Assembly (NCBI GenBank): GCA_052146735.1
Contig: JBKQMK010000202.1
Span: forward strand, 4,633 to 36,632
Direction: 5' to 3'
DNA from: Desulfomonilaceae bacterium
Lineage (GTDB): Bacteria > Desulfobacterota > Desulfomonilia > Desulfomonilales > Desulfomonilaceae
DNA: 32,000 nucleotides
Shown: positions 10,434 through 20,529 of the stretch, in pieces
Layout of the letters: every line of letters starts with the position of its first letter
Position numbering within the stretch: the first letter of the stretch is position 1
Position numbers and translations under genes: made by a program
Notes under the pieces: model-generated
Database searches by the model: none
What the model saw: the letters and a program-made list of their open reading frames with translations, nothing else
What the model was told of the DNA's origin: nothing

Positions 10434-11126
10434 ATGGCGGAATGCAGTCTCAGTACAGGTTTACTCAAAGATGTCCTTCAGCACGCCAAACCGCTCGGGC
10501 ATAACCAAAAACCCCGCAATTTGAACCTTGGTTTCGGCTTCATTTATTATGGCGTTGTAAGGGCCCTCAGACCCAAACACACCCTGGTGATTGGTTCAGG
10601 ATACGGCTTCAGTGTGGTCTGCCTGGCTCTTGCCCTGAAGGACAATGGACAGGGCTCCCTTACGTTTGTGGATCCCTCGTATTCTTTGCTAAAGGATGGT
10701 CCCCTAAAAACCATGGGAGGCCGCGCCACTTGGAGTTCCGACACCAGCGTTAAAGAGCATTTCCGGAGATTCGGAGTTGAAGATATCGTAACCCACCACA
10801 AGATGAGGAGCGACCAATTGTTTCCTTCTTACGAAGACTTACAGTTGTCTCCCATCGACCTGGGCTTTATCGACGGAAATCATTCATATGAGGATGTGAA
10901 ATACGATTTCATCAGTATGCTCGGCCGTTGTCGCAAGAATAGTTACATCTTTCTTCACGATACTAACATCTACGTTAGAGAATTCCTTCACCATTCGGGG
11001 GTCAAACGGTGGCTGAAGATTGTGAAGAGAGAGGAGCAAGCGTTCGAAGTGATAAATTTCCCTTTTTCATCAGGTGTTGCACTAGTGCGAATCTTGGAGC
11101 CCGCTATATGGAAACAAGTTCACTGA
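10434..11126 (+). CDS. Class I SAM-dependent methyltransferase (Methyltransf_24-like)
   Basis: HTLVIGSGYGFSVVCLALALKDNGQGSLTFVDPS..IDLGFIDGNHSYEDVKYDF; SD aggaggaaag before ATG 10434. Confidence 0.82.
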   Translation: MAECSLSTGLLKDVLQHAKPLGHNQKPRNLNLGFGFIYYGVVRALRPKHTLVIGSGYGFSVVCLALALKDNGQGSLTFVDPSYSLLKDGPLKTMGGRATWSSDTSVKEHFRRFGVEDIVTHHKMRSDQLFPSYEDLQLSPIDLGFIDGNHSYEDVKYDFISMLGRCRKNSYIFLHDTNIYVREFLHHSGVKRWLKIVKREEQAFEVINFPFSSGVALVRILEPAIWKQVH

Positions 11127-11809
11127 CTCGCATCATCTTGCCATGCGTTTTGGTAATAATCGCTGCATTCCTGTTCTGGCGCTACATCTGGTTCTTCCGG
11201 AACCCGCCGCGAACCATTGCTGGGGGTGAAAACATGGTTAGCCCTGCCGACGGGACAGTCGTGTATGTCAAGACGGTTCAGCCCAATGAAGAGGTAATAG
11301 TTATAAAACAAGGGGTCTCAGCCCGCATCAAGGACATAGTACGACAGGACATGGACGCGCCCAAGCTGGTGGTAGGCATCTTCATGAGCCCATTTAATGT
11401 TCACTATAACCGCGCGCCAATAGCGGGGAGGGTCGAGCAGATCGTTCACCATCCCGCCAAGACAAGGAACTTACATATGGGACCAATGCACCTTCGGACA
11501 TTGATTAATCACCTACCCCTTTATGAAAACAGCCTCCACATAGTGGAGAATGAGAGGACCGTGACGAGGATCAGAGGAAGATTCAAAGGAGATGATGTGT
11601 CCTGCTACGTGGTCCAGATAGCGGGAAAAAGCGTGAGCGGAATTGACAGCTATGTCCTTGAAGGGGGAGGGGTCCGCAAGGGAGAAATCTTTGGAATGAT
11701 CCGCATTGGATCTCAGGTAGACGTAGTTGTTCCGGAGTTTGCCGGAATGCAAGTCAAGGTCCACCCTGGAGATAAAGTTTGGGCCGGAGAGTCTGTGCTT
11801 GTGGAATAA
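11108..11809 (+). CDS. psd: Phosphatidylserine decarboxylase, short/archaeal-like type, N-terminal TM
   Basis: METSSLTRIILPCVLVIIAAFLFWRYIWFFRNPPR..SPADGTVVYVKTV..VGIFMSPFNVHYNRAPIAG..FGMIRIGSQVDVVVPE, with the GS autocleavage site. The ORF is open from 11009, but ATG 11108 gives a sensible TM start and a short overlap with the upstream gene. Confidence 0.9.
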   Translation: METSSLTRIILPCVLVIIAAFLFWRYIWFFRNPPRTIAGGENMVSPADGTVVYVKTVQPNEEVIVIKQGVSARIKDIVRQDMDAPKLVVGIFMSPFNVHYNRAPIAGRVEQIVHHPAKTRNLHMGPMHLRTLINHLPLYENSLHIVENERTVTRIRGRFKGDDVSCYVVQIAGKSVSGIDSYVLEGGGVRKGEIFGMIRIGSQVDVVVPEFAGMQVKVHPGDKVWAGESVLVE

Positions 11810-11857
11810 TCAATTCAAAACAACTCTACACGAATACTTAAGAAAGGTGGCAATGGC

Positions 11858-14353
11858 ATGAAAATCGATCTGCATGTCCATTCTAAGTTTTCCAGACGGC
11901 CTTCGGAGTGGATCCTCAAAAAGCTTGGGTGTCCGGAAAGTTTCACCGACCCCTTGCATCTTTACACAATTGCAAAAAAGAGAGGAATGTCCGCGGTCAC
12001 AATCACCGACCATAATACAATCGAGGGCTCTATGGAAATCGCCCATCTTCCGGACACTTTCGTAAGCGAGGAAGTGACTACCTATTTCCCTGATGACAGG
12101 TGCAAGCTTCATGTTCTCGTGTATGACATCGATGAGCAAAAGCACCAAGACATTCAAAAGATACGGGAGAATGTGTTCGACCTGACAGCTTACCTCAGAG
12201 AAAGCAGGATAACCCACGTCCTCGCTCATCCGCTATTTTCTATAAATGGGAAACTGAGCATCGAACATTTCGAGAAGTGTCTGCTCATTTTCAAGAATTT
12301 TGAACTGAACGGCGCGCGAAATGAGGAACAGAACCGGTGCCTCGAACTCGTACTCTCGATTCTGACCCCGGAAAAGATTGAACAACTTGCAGAAAAGCAC
12401 AATTTGACGCCATCATTTGTTTTCCCGTGGGTAAAGAACCTGACCGGAGGATCGGATGATCACAGCTCGCTTACCATAGCCCGCAGATATACTAAAGTAG
12501 AAGCGGCGACCGGAGTGGAACGGTTTCTGCGGGGAGTCGAACAGAACGAGGCTGCAGTTGCCGGTCCGGGATCGAGTCCCAAAACATTGGCTCACAATGT
12601 GTACAGCGTAGCATATCAGTTTTATCAGAATAAATTTGATTTGAAGCGGTACGTTAATAGTGACGTCATCTTTAAATTTCTGGACCGATTCCTTCAAGTG
12701 GGCCAAGACCGTGAGCCCGGCCTTCTGGCAAGACTGGATTTCTATTGGAACCACGGGAAGAGGCCAAAGGCTGCCGACAGAGGAAATGGGACCGTCATGA
12801 ACTTGCTGCGGCAGGAGACTCACCGACTGATTTGGGATGATCCGCAACTTTCGGAGATATTCAAAAACGGTAACGGAGATAGCGAAACTCTCGACGAAAA
12901 ATGGTTCCGTTTTGTGAACAAAGTCTCGATTAAGGTAGTAGAGCACTTTACGGACCACGTAATGGACAGCCTTGCCGGAGCCCACTTTCTGAACCTGTTT
13001 AACGCTCTGGGTTCTGCCGGGGCGCTATATTCGGTGCTGGCGCCGTATTTTGTCGCATTCTCGATCTATTCGGAGGATAGGCAGTTCGGCGATACAGTGC
13101 TACGCCGGTTTCTCGAGGAAAAGCCGAACCCCTCAAAGCGTGCCGACAGCATCAAGGTTGCGCACTTTACTGACACGTTCTATGAAGTCAATGGAGTTGC
13201 GGGCACGTTGAAGGCGCAAATAGGCGCTGCTCTCAGAACCGGCAAGAACTATACCGTGGTAACCTGTGACCCTGGACATCACACCAGCACCAAGGGCGTC
13301 ACGAACTTCAAGCCCATCGGAGTTTACGAAACGCCTGTTTATCCGGAACAAAAGCTCTTCTATCCTCCTTTTCTGGAAATGCTTGACTACTGCTACAATG
13401 AAGCATTCACTCACATTCATTGCGCTACACCAGGTCCTCTCGGACTCGCAGCACTAGCCATTGCGCGCATATTGAAGGTTCCTGTAGTGGGAACTTATCA
13501 TACAGCCCTACCTCAATATTCCCAGTATCTTACAGAGGACGCCACCATCGCTGAACTGATGTGGAAATACGTCTTATGGTACTATGACCAGATGGATCGC
13601 GTGTTCGTGCCATCCAGGAGCACGGCTGCCGAACTTACGGAAAGGGGAATATACTCGCACAAGGTTGTAGTGACTCCGAGAGGAGTGGACACCAGCCGAT
13701 TCTGCCCGACTAAGCGCAATGGGTGTCTTGATGAGTATTGCAGCAGCAAAGAAGCGGTGAAGCTCCTGTATGTGGGTCGAGTTTCCAAAGAAAAAAACTT
13801 GGAACTACTTGTGAAGGCTTTCCGGGAGTTGGTCCAGTCAGGGGAAGAAGTGAATCTGTTCATTGTGGGGGACGGTCCGTACCGCGAAGAGATGGAGCGG
13901 GCTTTGACGGAGACTCCGACCATTTTCATGGGATACGTGGAGGGTGAGGCGCTTGCGGAAGTCTATGCTTCCTGCGATCTTTTTGTGTTTCCCAGCACCA
14001 CCGATACCTTCGGAAACGTGGTTCTGGAATCTCAGGCATCCGGTCTCCCGGTTATTGTGACCAATTGCGGCGGGCCTCGAGAGAACATGATTCCGGGAAA
14101 AACAGGTCTGATCGTCGAAGGAAACAGTGAGAAAAGCCTTCTGGACGGAATACAGACCTTGCTGTCAGACCCACGGCGTCTGAAGGAGATGGGGAAGGCG
14201 GCCCGTGGGTACGCGGAGAATCGCTCATTCGACATTGCGTTCAACAAGTCGTGGGACCTTTACACCGAAACTCCTGAATCCTTTGGGACCGGCTCTCAGG
14301 TACCTTGGATTTGGTCCTTTCCGGCAGAGGGCCCACAGAGGCGGTCGGCTTAG
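11858..14353 (+). CDS. PHP-domain / GT4 glycosyltransferase fusion protein
   Basis: 831 aa. N-terminal PHP metal motifs MKIDLHVHSKFSRRP..SAVTITDHNTIEG..HVLAHPLFS; C-terminal GT4: FTDTFYEVNGVA..VPVVGTYHTALPQY..DRVFVPSRSTAAEL..VVVTPRGVDTSRF..LLYVGRVSKEKNLELLVKAF..FPSTTDTFGNVVLESQASGLPVI. SD AAAGGTGG. Confidence 0.92.
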   Translation: MKIDLHVHSKFSRRPSEWILKKLGCPESFTDPLHLYTIAKKRGMSAVTITDHNTIEGSMEIAHLPDTFVSEEVTTYFPDDRCKLHVLVYDIDEQKHQDIQKIRENVFDLTAYLRESRITHVLAHPLFSINGKLSIEHFEKCLLIFKNFELNGARNEEQNRCLELVLSILTPEKIEQLAEKHNLTPSFVFPWVKNLTGGSDDHSSLTIARRYTKVEAATGVERFLRGVEQNEAAVAGPGSSPKTLAHNVYSVAYQFYQNKFDLKRYVNSDVIFKFLDRFLQVGQDREPGLLARLDFYWNHGKRPKAADRGNGTVMNLLRQETHRLIWDDPQLSEIFKNGNGDSETLDEKWFRFVNKVSIKVVEHFTDHVMDSLAGAHFLNLFNALGSAGALYSVLAPYFVAFSIYSEDRQFGDTVLRRFLEEKPNPSKRADSIKVAHFTDTFYEVNGVAGTLKAQIGAALRTGKNYTVVTCDPGHHTSTKGVTNFKPIGVYETPVYPEQKLFYPPFLEMLDYCYNEAFTHIHCATPGPLGLAALAIARILKVPVVGTYHTALPQYSQYLTEDATIAELMWKYVLWYYDQMDRVFVPSRSTAAELTERGIYSHKVVVTPRGVDTSRFCPTKRNGCLDEYCSSKEAVKLLYVGRVSKEKNLELLVKAFRELVQSGEEVNLFIVGDGPYREEMERALTETPTIFMGYVEGEALAEVYASCDLFVFPSTTDTFGNVVLESQASGLPVIVTNCGGPRENMIPGKTGLIVEGNSEKSLLDGIQTLLSDPRRLKEMGKAARGYAENRSFDIAFNKSWDLYTETPESFGTGSQVPWIWSFPAEGPQRRSA

Positions 14354-14390
14354 ACAGTCTGCTCTTCTTTTACTGGTGCTGTGACAAAAA

Positions 14391-15272
14391 TTGGCTGCTG
14401 AATTGACATCTATGCCATTGGACTATTATTTGGCGTCAGTGCTCGACTGGACCCAGAGTCTTGGTGGATGGGGCCTCATTGTCGTTGCAGCCTTGTATGT
14501 CCTGGCGTGCCTACTGTTTCTCCCCGGATCGATACTTACTCTAGGGGTCGGCTTCTTGTTCGGTGCTCCCGCGGGAGTTTTGACCGTGTTGACGGGAGCC
14601 AATTTCGGGGCTTGCGCCGTTTTCGTCGTTGGCCGGACTATTGCTCGTGACTGGATAGCCCGGAAGATAGCCGATAACCCGAAACTTGCAGCCCTGGATG
14701 TTGCTGTAGGTAAAGAAGGGTTTAGGATGGTGCTGCTGCTCCGGCTGAATCCGGTGGTTCCTTTCAATGTTCTGAATTATGCCCTTGGCCTTACCAAGGT
14801 TTCCTTCCGCGATTACGCTCTCGCAACACTGATTGGTATGCTTCCTGAGACCCTGATATTGGTCTACCTGGGCTCCGCGGCAAAATCTTTAGCCGATTCG
14901 GTTACAGGCCAGGCAGACAGTGGTACGGCCGGTCGCGTTTTTATGTGGATCGGACTTGCAGCCACGATAGGCGTTGCAATCTTGGCAACACGGATTGCCC
15001 AACGGAGCCTGAAGGCGGCCCGAACGCCGGCACGCGATGCCCGCATGGCTACACCTGTTGAAGGGCTTCGAGAAAAAGAGGTCAATAATCGAACAATTCC
15101 GGTCTGGGCGTGTCGGACGTTCCCTATCCCCTCACGTGGATTTGAACCAACCATCCCCCAATTTATCGGCGAACAACCTGCCAACCCTTTGGATTCCAGG
15201 ATCGAACACTCTTCATTCTCAGACTTTATGCGCTCCACGCAACCAAGCACGCACTTGTCGGATGAGCGATAA
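14391..15272 (+). CDS. TVP38/TMEM64 (DedA/SNARE-associated-like) family membrane protein
   Basis: FLPGSILTLGVGFLFGAPAGVLTVLTGANFGACAVFVVGR..LRLNPVVPFNVLNYALGLTKVSFRDYALATLIGMLPETLILVYLGS. Start is TTG 14391 or ATG 14412. The roughly 60-aa tail after KEVNN looks low-constraint. Confidence 0.9.
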   Translation: MAAELTSMPLDYYLASVLDWTQSLGGWGLIVVAALYVLACLLFLPGSILTLGVGFLFGAPAGVLTVLTGANFGACAVFVVGRTIARDWIARKIADNPKLAALDVAVGKEGFRMVLLLRLNPVVPFNVLNYALGLTKVSFRDYALATLIGMLPETLILVYLGSAAKSLADSVTGQADSGTAGRVFMWIGLAATIGVAILATRIAQRSLKAARTPARDARMATPVEGLREKEVNNRTIPVWACRTFPIPSRGFEPTIPQFIGEQPANPLDSRIEHSSFSDFMRSTQPSTHLSDER

Positions 15273-15318
15273 ATCCTGACTACGAGCGCTGCCTTTTTCT
15301 GGAGCCGACCACTAATCG

Positions 15319-15419
15319 TTTTTTAATTGATTCCAAACACCCCCAAAACTTTTTCCTTGTACACATTATGTAATCAATGTTTTGATTCGATCACGAAACG
15401 TGTTTTACAGAAGCAAATC
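15319..15419 (+). promoter_or_regulatory. Copy A of duplicated ~101-bp regulatory region upstream of lysR-type gene
   Basis: Aligns without gaps to 16576-16676 (about 72/101 identical by hand count), including exact CATTATGTAATCAA, exact ACGAAACGT and exact AGCAAATC. Ends 43 nt before the LysR ATG. Confidence 0.7.
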
Positions 15420-15462
15420 GGCCGTATTCACCTGGACAAAAAGTCAGAGGAAACCGAAAGTG

Positions 15463-16350
15463 ATGAATCTGGAGCATGTCAAATCCTACTTGGCGGTTGT
15501 GCGCACTGGGAGCTACCATAAAGCTGCCAAGCACCTCGGATTGGCTCAGCCCACGGTCAGTCAGCATATCAGAAAACTGGAGAAAACCCTTGGCGCCACA
15601 TTGATCATCCGCGACCGCAATGGATGCTTCATGGCGCCACGCACTGAAGCCTTTGCACGCCAGGCCGAGTCGTTAGTCCGGATCGCGGACAAGGCGCGGA
15701 ATGCTTTGCGCCGTCCGACGATGACTGTGGGGGCCAGCACAAATGTAGGGACCTACCTGCTGCAGCCCATGTTTAAAGACTTCTACGAAGCTAATCGCGA
15801 GTCGCTGACTCTAGACCTGGTCATTGATCGCAATGATCGGATCGCGGATCGTCTCGAGAGTGATGAGATTGATGTTGCAGTCATGGAGTGGTGGGACAAT
15901 CGAGCGGGTTTCGTGAACCGCCCTTGGAAGAAGGAACGACTGGTGGTGATTGTTCCTCCCGGTCATCCCTGGAGCACTCGAAAATCTATCTCAGCGGAAG
16001 AGCTAATGGGGGAAAGGATGATCGGAGGCGAATCGGCCACGGGAACTGGCCGAGTACTGCGTGAAGCCCTGGGGGATCTTATGTCTGAATTTCACGTGGC
16101 ATTCAAACTTGGGAGCACGGAGGCCGTTAAGAACGCCGTTCAGACCGGGCTTGGAATTTCTATGGTCTTGGCGAGTTCAGTTGTGGACGAGGTCAAAAGC
16201 GGGGCGCTTAAAGCCATACATATCGATGGCCCTTGGCTCGAAAAGGAACTCATGGTCATTCATCGTCGCGGCCTTCCTAGTGACAGCGTCGCGGTAAGGT
16301 TCGCCGAGAAACTGACAAAAGAAAACGCGGTTTCGCTCGCGCCTTCTTGA
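15463..16350 (+). CDS. LysR-family transcriptional regulator, probable regulator of the adjacent phosphite operon (PtxE-like)
   Basis: MNLEHVKSYLAVVRTGSYHKAAKHLGLAQPTVSQHIRKLEKTLGATLIIRDRNG: LysR HTH, followed by a substrate-binding domain. The ORF is open from 15382; ATG 15463 follows an AGAGGAAA-type SD. Confidence 0.92.
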   Translation: MNLEHVKSYLAVVRTGSYHKAAKHLGLAQPTVSQHIRKLEKTLGATLIIRDRNGCFMAPRTEAFARQAESLVRIADKARNALRRPTMTVGASTNVGTYLLQPMFKDFYEANRESLTLDLVIDRNDRIADRLESDEIDVAVMEWWDNRAGFVNRPWKKERLVVIVPPGHPWSTRKSISAEELMGERMIGGESATGTGRVLREALGDLMSEFHVAFKLGSTEAVKNAVQTGLGISMVLASSVVDEVKSGALKAIHIDGPWLEKELMVIHRRGLPSDSVAVRFAEKLTKENAVSLAPS

Positions 16351-16421
16351 AGTAATCATTTTCACCTGTGATACCAATGCGCTGCCGAATAAGTAATCCC
16401 GCCGATGAAGGGACTGACCGG

Positions 16422-16490
16422 CGTTTCGGGCAGGTCTCCGGAGCGCACTCACCCTATGCCGTTCATAGCGTAAGAGATCTGCCCGAAACG
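16422..16490 (+). repeat. Long imperfect inverted repeat / structured intergenic element
   Basis: 5' arm CGTTTCGGGCAGGTCTC (16422-16438) pairs with 3' arm GAGATCTGCCCGAAACG (16474-16490): 17 bp with one G-U; internal small hairpin CTATG-ccgtt-CATAG. Confidence 0.75.
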
Positions 16491-16575
16491 GCACCAACTG
16501 CTCTGACGCAGTACTACTCGTTTGAAAGCGCCTTGTTATTACGGGTCTTCATTGGTCGAGGAAAAGGATTAACCA

Positions 16576-16676
16576 TTTTTTAGTTTGATCCTAATTCCTA
16601 CCAAATTTTGTCCGGGTAAACATTATGTAATCAAAATCCTTTTTCGATGACGAAACGTCATCCATCGCAGCAAATC
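16576..16676 (+). promoter_or_regulatory. Copy B of duplicated regulatory region upstream of the ptx-like operon, with a LysR-type T-N11-A dyad
   Basis: Contains the perfect dyad GATGACG-AAA-CGTCATC (16646-16662), which includes TGACGAAACGTCA (T-N11-A). Gapless homology to 15319-15419. Confidence 0.75.
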
Positions 16677-16743
16677 TCCCATTTTACGCCGCACTCGATG
16701 CGAGGGAGATTGGGATTTCCATCCGCTGAAAGAAGGAAAGACC

Positions 16744-16869
16744 ATGGCAAGTCAGCACCTAAATCTGAAAAGTTTGGCGGCGGTCACCGCGATTGAGGCA
16801 TGTTTCCTGCTCGTTGCCCGCAGTTTCCGTGCGCAGCAGACGAAAGACGGGCAAATCGCTGAAATTTAG
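16744..16869 (+). CDS. Possible small ORF (41 aa) in operon leader
   Basis: MASQHLNLKSLAAVTAIEACFLLVARSFRAQQTKDGQIAEI*, preceded by GAAGGAAAG. Coding status unproven. Confidence 0.3.
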   Translation: MASQHLNLKSLAAVTAIEACFLLVARSFRAQQTKDGQIAEI

Positions 16870-16991
16870 TTTCCAATTTCGCAACGAGAAAGCCGATGAG
16901 GCGCTTGCTCCTTACTTAGTTTTACTCCAGCGGTGTTGAAACTGGTGTAGGGACATCACTCTTCCGCGGGATACCGGATGGGGAGAATGAA

Positions 16992-17750
16992 ATGATTGAA
17001 TTGGACGGAGTCGGCATGTGCTATCCAAGCGGAACCGAGGCACTTCGGCCGACATGCCTCAGATTCTACAAGGGACACTTTACCGTGTTGCTGGGGCCGT
17101 CTGGCGCCGGCAAGTCTACACTGCTCCGCTGTCTCAACTTCCTGACCAGGCCTACGTGCGGTCAGGTAGTCATCGAAGGTCTGGGAAAACTCGACTTCAA
17201 CGCGAGAAAACTGCGACAACTCAGAGGCTTCACCGGCATGATTTTCCAACAGCATCAATTGATATCCGGCCAGAGCGCTTTGAAAAACGTTCTGGTGGGC
17301 CGACTCGGAAAATATAGCTCGTTTCGTAGCCTCTTTCCATTGCCAAGGCGTGAACAGGAGTTCGCGTTGGAATGTCTTGAGCGAGTCGGCCTTCTGGATA
17401 AGGCGCTGGAAAGAGTGGACAACCTTAGCGGAGGCGAGCAACAGCGGGTAGGCATAGCACGAGCACTTGCTCAAAAACCCCAGTTGATTCTCGCAGATGA
17501 ACCGGTCGCAAGCCTCGATCCCGGTACGGCTGACAGCGTGCTTTCACTCCTCCATAAGATAACCAAAGAGGATGTCATTCCCGCAATTGTCAGTCTTCAC
17601 CAGGTGGAATGGGCGAAAAAGTACGCTGACCGAATCATAGGACTGTCAGAAGGAGCTGTAGTGTTTGACGGAAGCCCCCAGAGCCTGTCCTCGGACATGC
17701 TCCAGCAGATATATCACGTGAAAAAAGTGAGGATCCCGGCCGCAGCCTGA
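16992..17750 (+). CDS. ptxA: Phosphonate/phosphite ABC transporter ATP-binding protein (PtxA/PhnC family)
   Basis: Walker A GPSGAGKST, Q-loop IFQQHQLI, signature LSGGEQQRVGIARAL, Walker B LILADEP; PhnC-like overall. Assigned ptxA because it sits upstream of phnD-, phnE- and ptxD-like genes. Confidence 0.88.
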   Translation: MIELDGVGMCYPSGTEALRPTCLRFYKGHFTVLLGPSGAGKSTLLRCLNFLTRPTCGQVVIEGLGKLDFNARKLRQLRGFTGMIFQQHQLISGQSALKNVLVGRLGKYSSFRSLFPLPRREQEFALECLERVGLLDKALERVDNLSGGEQQRVGIARALAQKPQLILADEPVASLDPGTADSVLSLLHKITKEDVIPAIVSLHQVEWAKKYADRIIGLSEGAVVFDGSPQSLSSDMLQQIYHVKKVRIPAAA

Positions 17751-17815
17751 GTACGAGTGACGAGACACGATTATCGTATTGGGCTGGAGCCGGACTACCC
17801 TTGACTGCCATCTAG

Positions 17816-18703
<888 letters not shown>

Positions 18704-18724
18704 CGACTGCTGGAGCGCTGTTTC

Positions 18725-19522
18725 ATGAATGAACGTTACGACCGGGTACTAATCGAACAACGGAGGCAATGGTATTATTCGGCACTCCAGATCGCCCTGG
18801 TTGCTCCTGTCATCGCAATCTGTTTCTACTATGTAGGGTTGTTTGATCGGAAACGAGTGCTGGACGGCATACCATCTATATTGAGCCTGATCGCTGAAAG
18901 CCTGCCTCCAAATTTCAGTGACCTGCCCAATTGGTTCAAACCTCTTTTGGACACCTTGGCCATGAGCATTGCGGGCACAGCGATAGCAGTGGGATTATCG
19001 CTGCCGCTGGCCTTGCTCGGAGCACGTAATACGTCTCCACACCCACTGGTGTATCAGTTCACCCGAGGCGTGCTTAACGGATTGCGCTCCGTTCCAGAGC
19101 TGATAATGGGCATCATTTTTGTGGCTGCCGTCGGCTTTGGTGCGTTGCCGGGAGTGCTGGCACTGGGCCTTCACTCAGTGGGAATGGTAGGAAAATTCTT
19201 TGCCGAAGCCATTGAGCATGTGGCAGAGGAACCCGTTGAAGCGGTCAAGGCCGTAGGTGCGCGGCCAATGCAGGTTATTCTTCATGCAGTGCTACCACAG
19301 GTCTCGTCGCAAATAGCAGACGTGTCAATCTACCGGTGGGAGTACAATTTTAGGGCGTCGACGGTGATGGGAATGGTCGGAGCAGGCGGCATCGGTTGTG
19401 AATTGATGAGCGCGTTGCGAATCATGCAATATCAGCACGTATCAGCCATTCTGATCGTTATTCTGCTGATGGTCACATTGGTTGATAGCTTTGGCGCCCA
19501 CCTGAGGCAGCGCTTCAAATAG
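18725..19522 (+). CDS. ptxC: Phosphonate/phosphite ABC transporter permease (PtxC/PhnE family)
   Basis: Multi-TM; TLAMSIAGTAIAVGLSLPLALLGARNTSP..LNGLRSVPELIMGIIFVAAVGFGALPGVLALGLHSVGMVGKFFAEAIE..VYRWEYNFRASTVMGMVGAGGIG-like PhnE signature. Confidence 0.92.
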   Translation: MNERYDRVLIEQRRQWYYSALQIALVAPVIAICFYYVGLFDRKRVLDGIPSILSLIAESLPPNFSDLPNWFKPLLDTLAMSIAGTAIAVGLSLPLALLGARNTSPHPLVYQFTRGVLNGLRSVPELIMGIIFVAAVGFGALPGVLALGLHSVGMVGKFFAEAIEHVAEEPVEAVKAVGARPMQVILHAVLPQVSSQIADVSIYRWEYNFRASTVMGMVGAGGIGCELMSALRIMQYQHVSAILIVILLMVTLVDSFGAHLRQRFK

Positions 19523-19542
19523 AGCCCAAAAAGGTCTGATGA

Positions 19543-20529
19543 ATGAAACATCGTGTGGTCATAACATCTTGGGTGCACCAGGAGGTGGTCCAGCTATTAG
19601 AGCAATCGTGCGAAGTCATCCCAAATAACGAGCGGGAGCCTCTGACACGTGAGGAAATCTTGCGACGAACACAAGACGCTCATGCCCTTATGGTCTTTAT
19701 GACAGACAGTATAGACGACGATTTCCTGATTGCCTGCCCGAATCTGAAGATTGTGGCCGCGGCTCTCAAGGGCTACGACAATTTCGATGTGGAAAGTTGC
19801 ACGCGGCGCGGCATTTGGTTCACCATTGTGCCGGACCTCCTCACCATTCCTACGGCAGAACTGGCGGTGGGGCTTCTGATCGGTTTGACGCGGAAGATGC
19901 TCGACGGCGACCGCTTCGTCCGGACAGGTCAGTTCAGAGGCTGGCGCCCCAAGCTTTACGGTACGGGTTTGGCCGGCCGATGTGTGGGAATAGTCGGGAT
20001 GGGGGCTTTGGGCCAGGCGGTCGCAAAACGCCTGGCTGGCTTTGAAATGGAATTGCTCTACACAGATCGAGTCCCTTTACCAGAGCGACAAGAACAAGCC
20101 TGGGGCCTCAGTCGCGTTTCTATGGAAAGTCTTTTGGGACGAAGCGATTTTGTGCTCTTATCCGTACCACTGACTCCTGATACCCTTTGCTTTATCGATG
20201 ACAAGGCCCTTGCCAAAATGAGGCCGGGCAGCTTCCTTGTCAATGTATGTCGGGGGTCTGTGGTGGATGAGGAGGCTGTTGTGTCGGCGTTGGCCTCCGG
20301 GCATCTTGCAGGATACGCGGCCGATGTATTCGAGTTCGAAGACTGGGCCAGGAAGGACGCTCCATCGGGTATCTCCCGGTCGCTTCTCGAAGAGGGCACC
20401 ACCTTTTTCACTCCCCACCTCGGTTCGGCTGTGGACGACGTGCGCCGTGAAATTGCATTGGAAGCCGCACGCAACATTCTGCAAGCATTCGCCGGAACCA
20501 AACCCGAGGGTGCCATAAATCGACTATAG
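19543..20529 (+). CDS. ptxD: Phosphite (phosphonate) dehydrogenase, NAD-dependent
   Basis: 328 aa D-2-hydroxyacid dehydrogenase fold. Residues matching Pseudomonas stutzeri PtxD at the same numbering: M53, K76, W134, Y139, R237, E266, H292, R301; local segments [67 protein letters not shown]. Confidence 0.95.
   Translation: MKHRVVITSWVHQEVVQLLEQSCEVIPNNEREPLTREEILRRTQDAHALMVFMTDSIDDDFLIACPNLKIVAAALKGYDNFDVESCTRRGIWFTIVPDLLTIPTAELAVGLLIGLTRKMLDGDRFVRTGQFRGWRPKLYGTGLAGRCVGIVGMGALGQAVAKRLAGFEMELLYTDRVPLPERQEQAWGLSRVSMESLLGRSDFVLLSVPLTPDTLCFIDDKALAKMRPGSFLVNVCRGSVVDEEAVVSALASGHLAGYAADVFEFEDWARKDAPSGISRSLLEEGTTFFTPHLGSAVDDVRREIALEAARNILQAFAGTKPEGAINRL

Noticed and set aside
16381-16500. Riboswitch or hammerhead ribozyme (CCGATGAAGG near the long stem)
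   Set aside because: The CUGAUGA...GAAA catalytic core is not present and I could not match any known aptamer consensus; kept only as an unclassified structured element.
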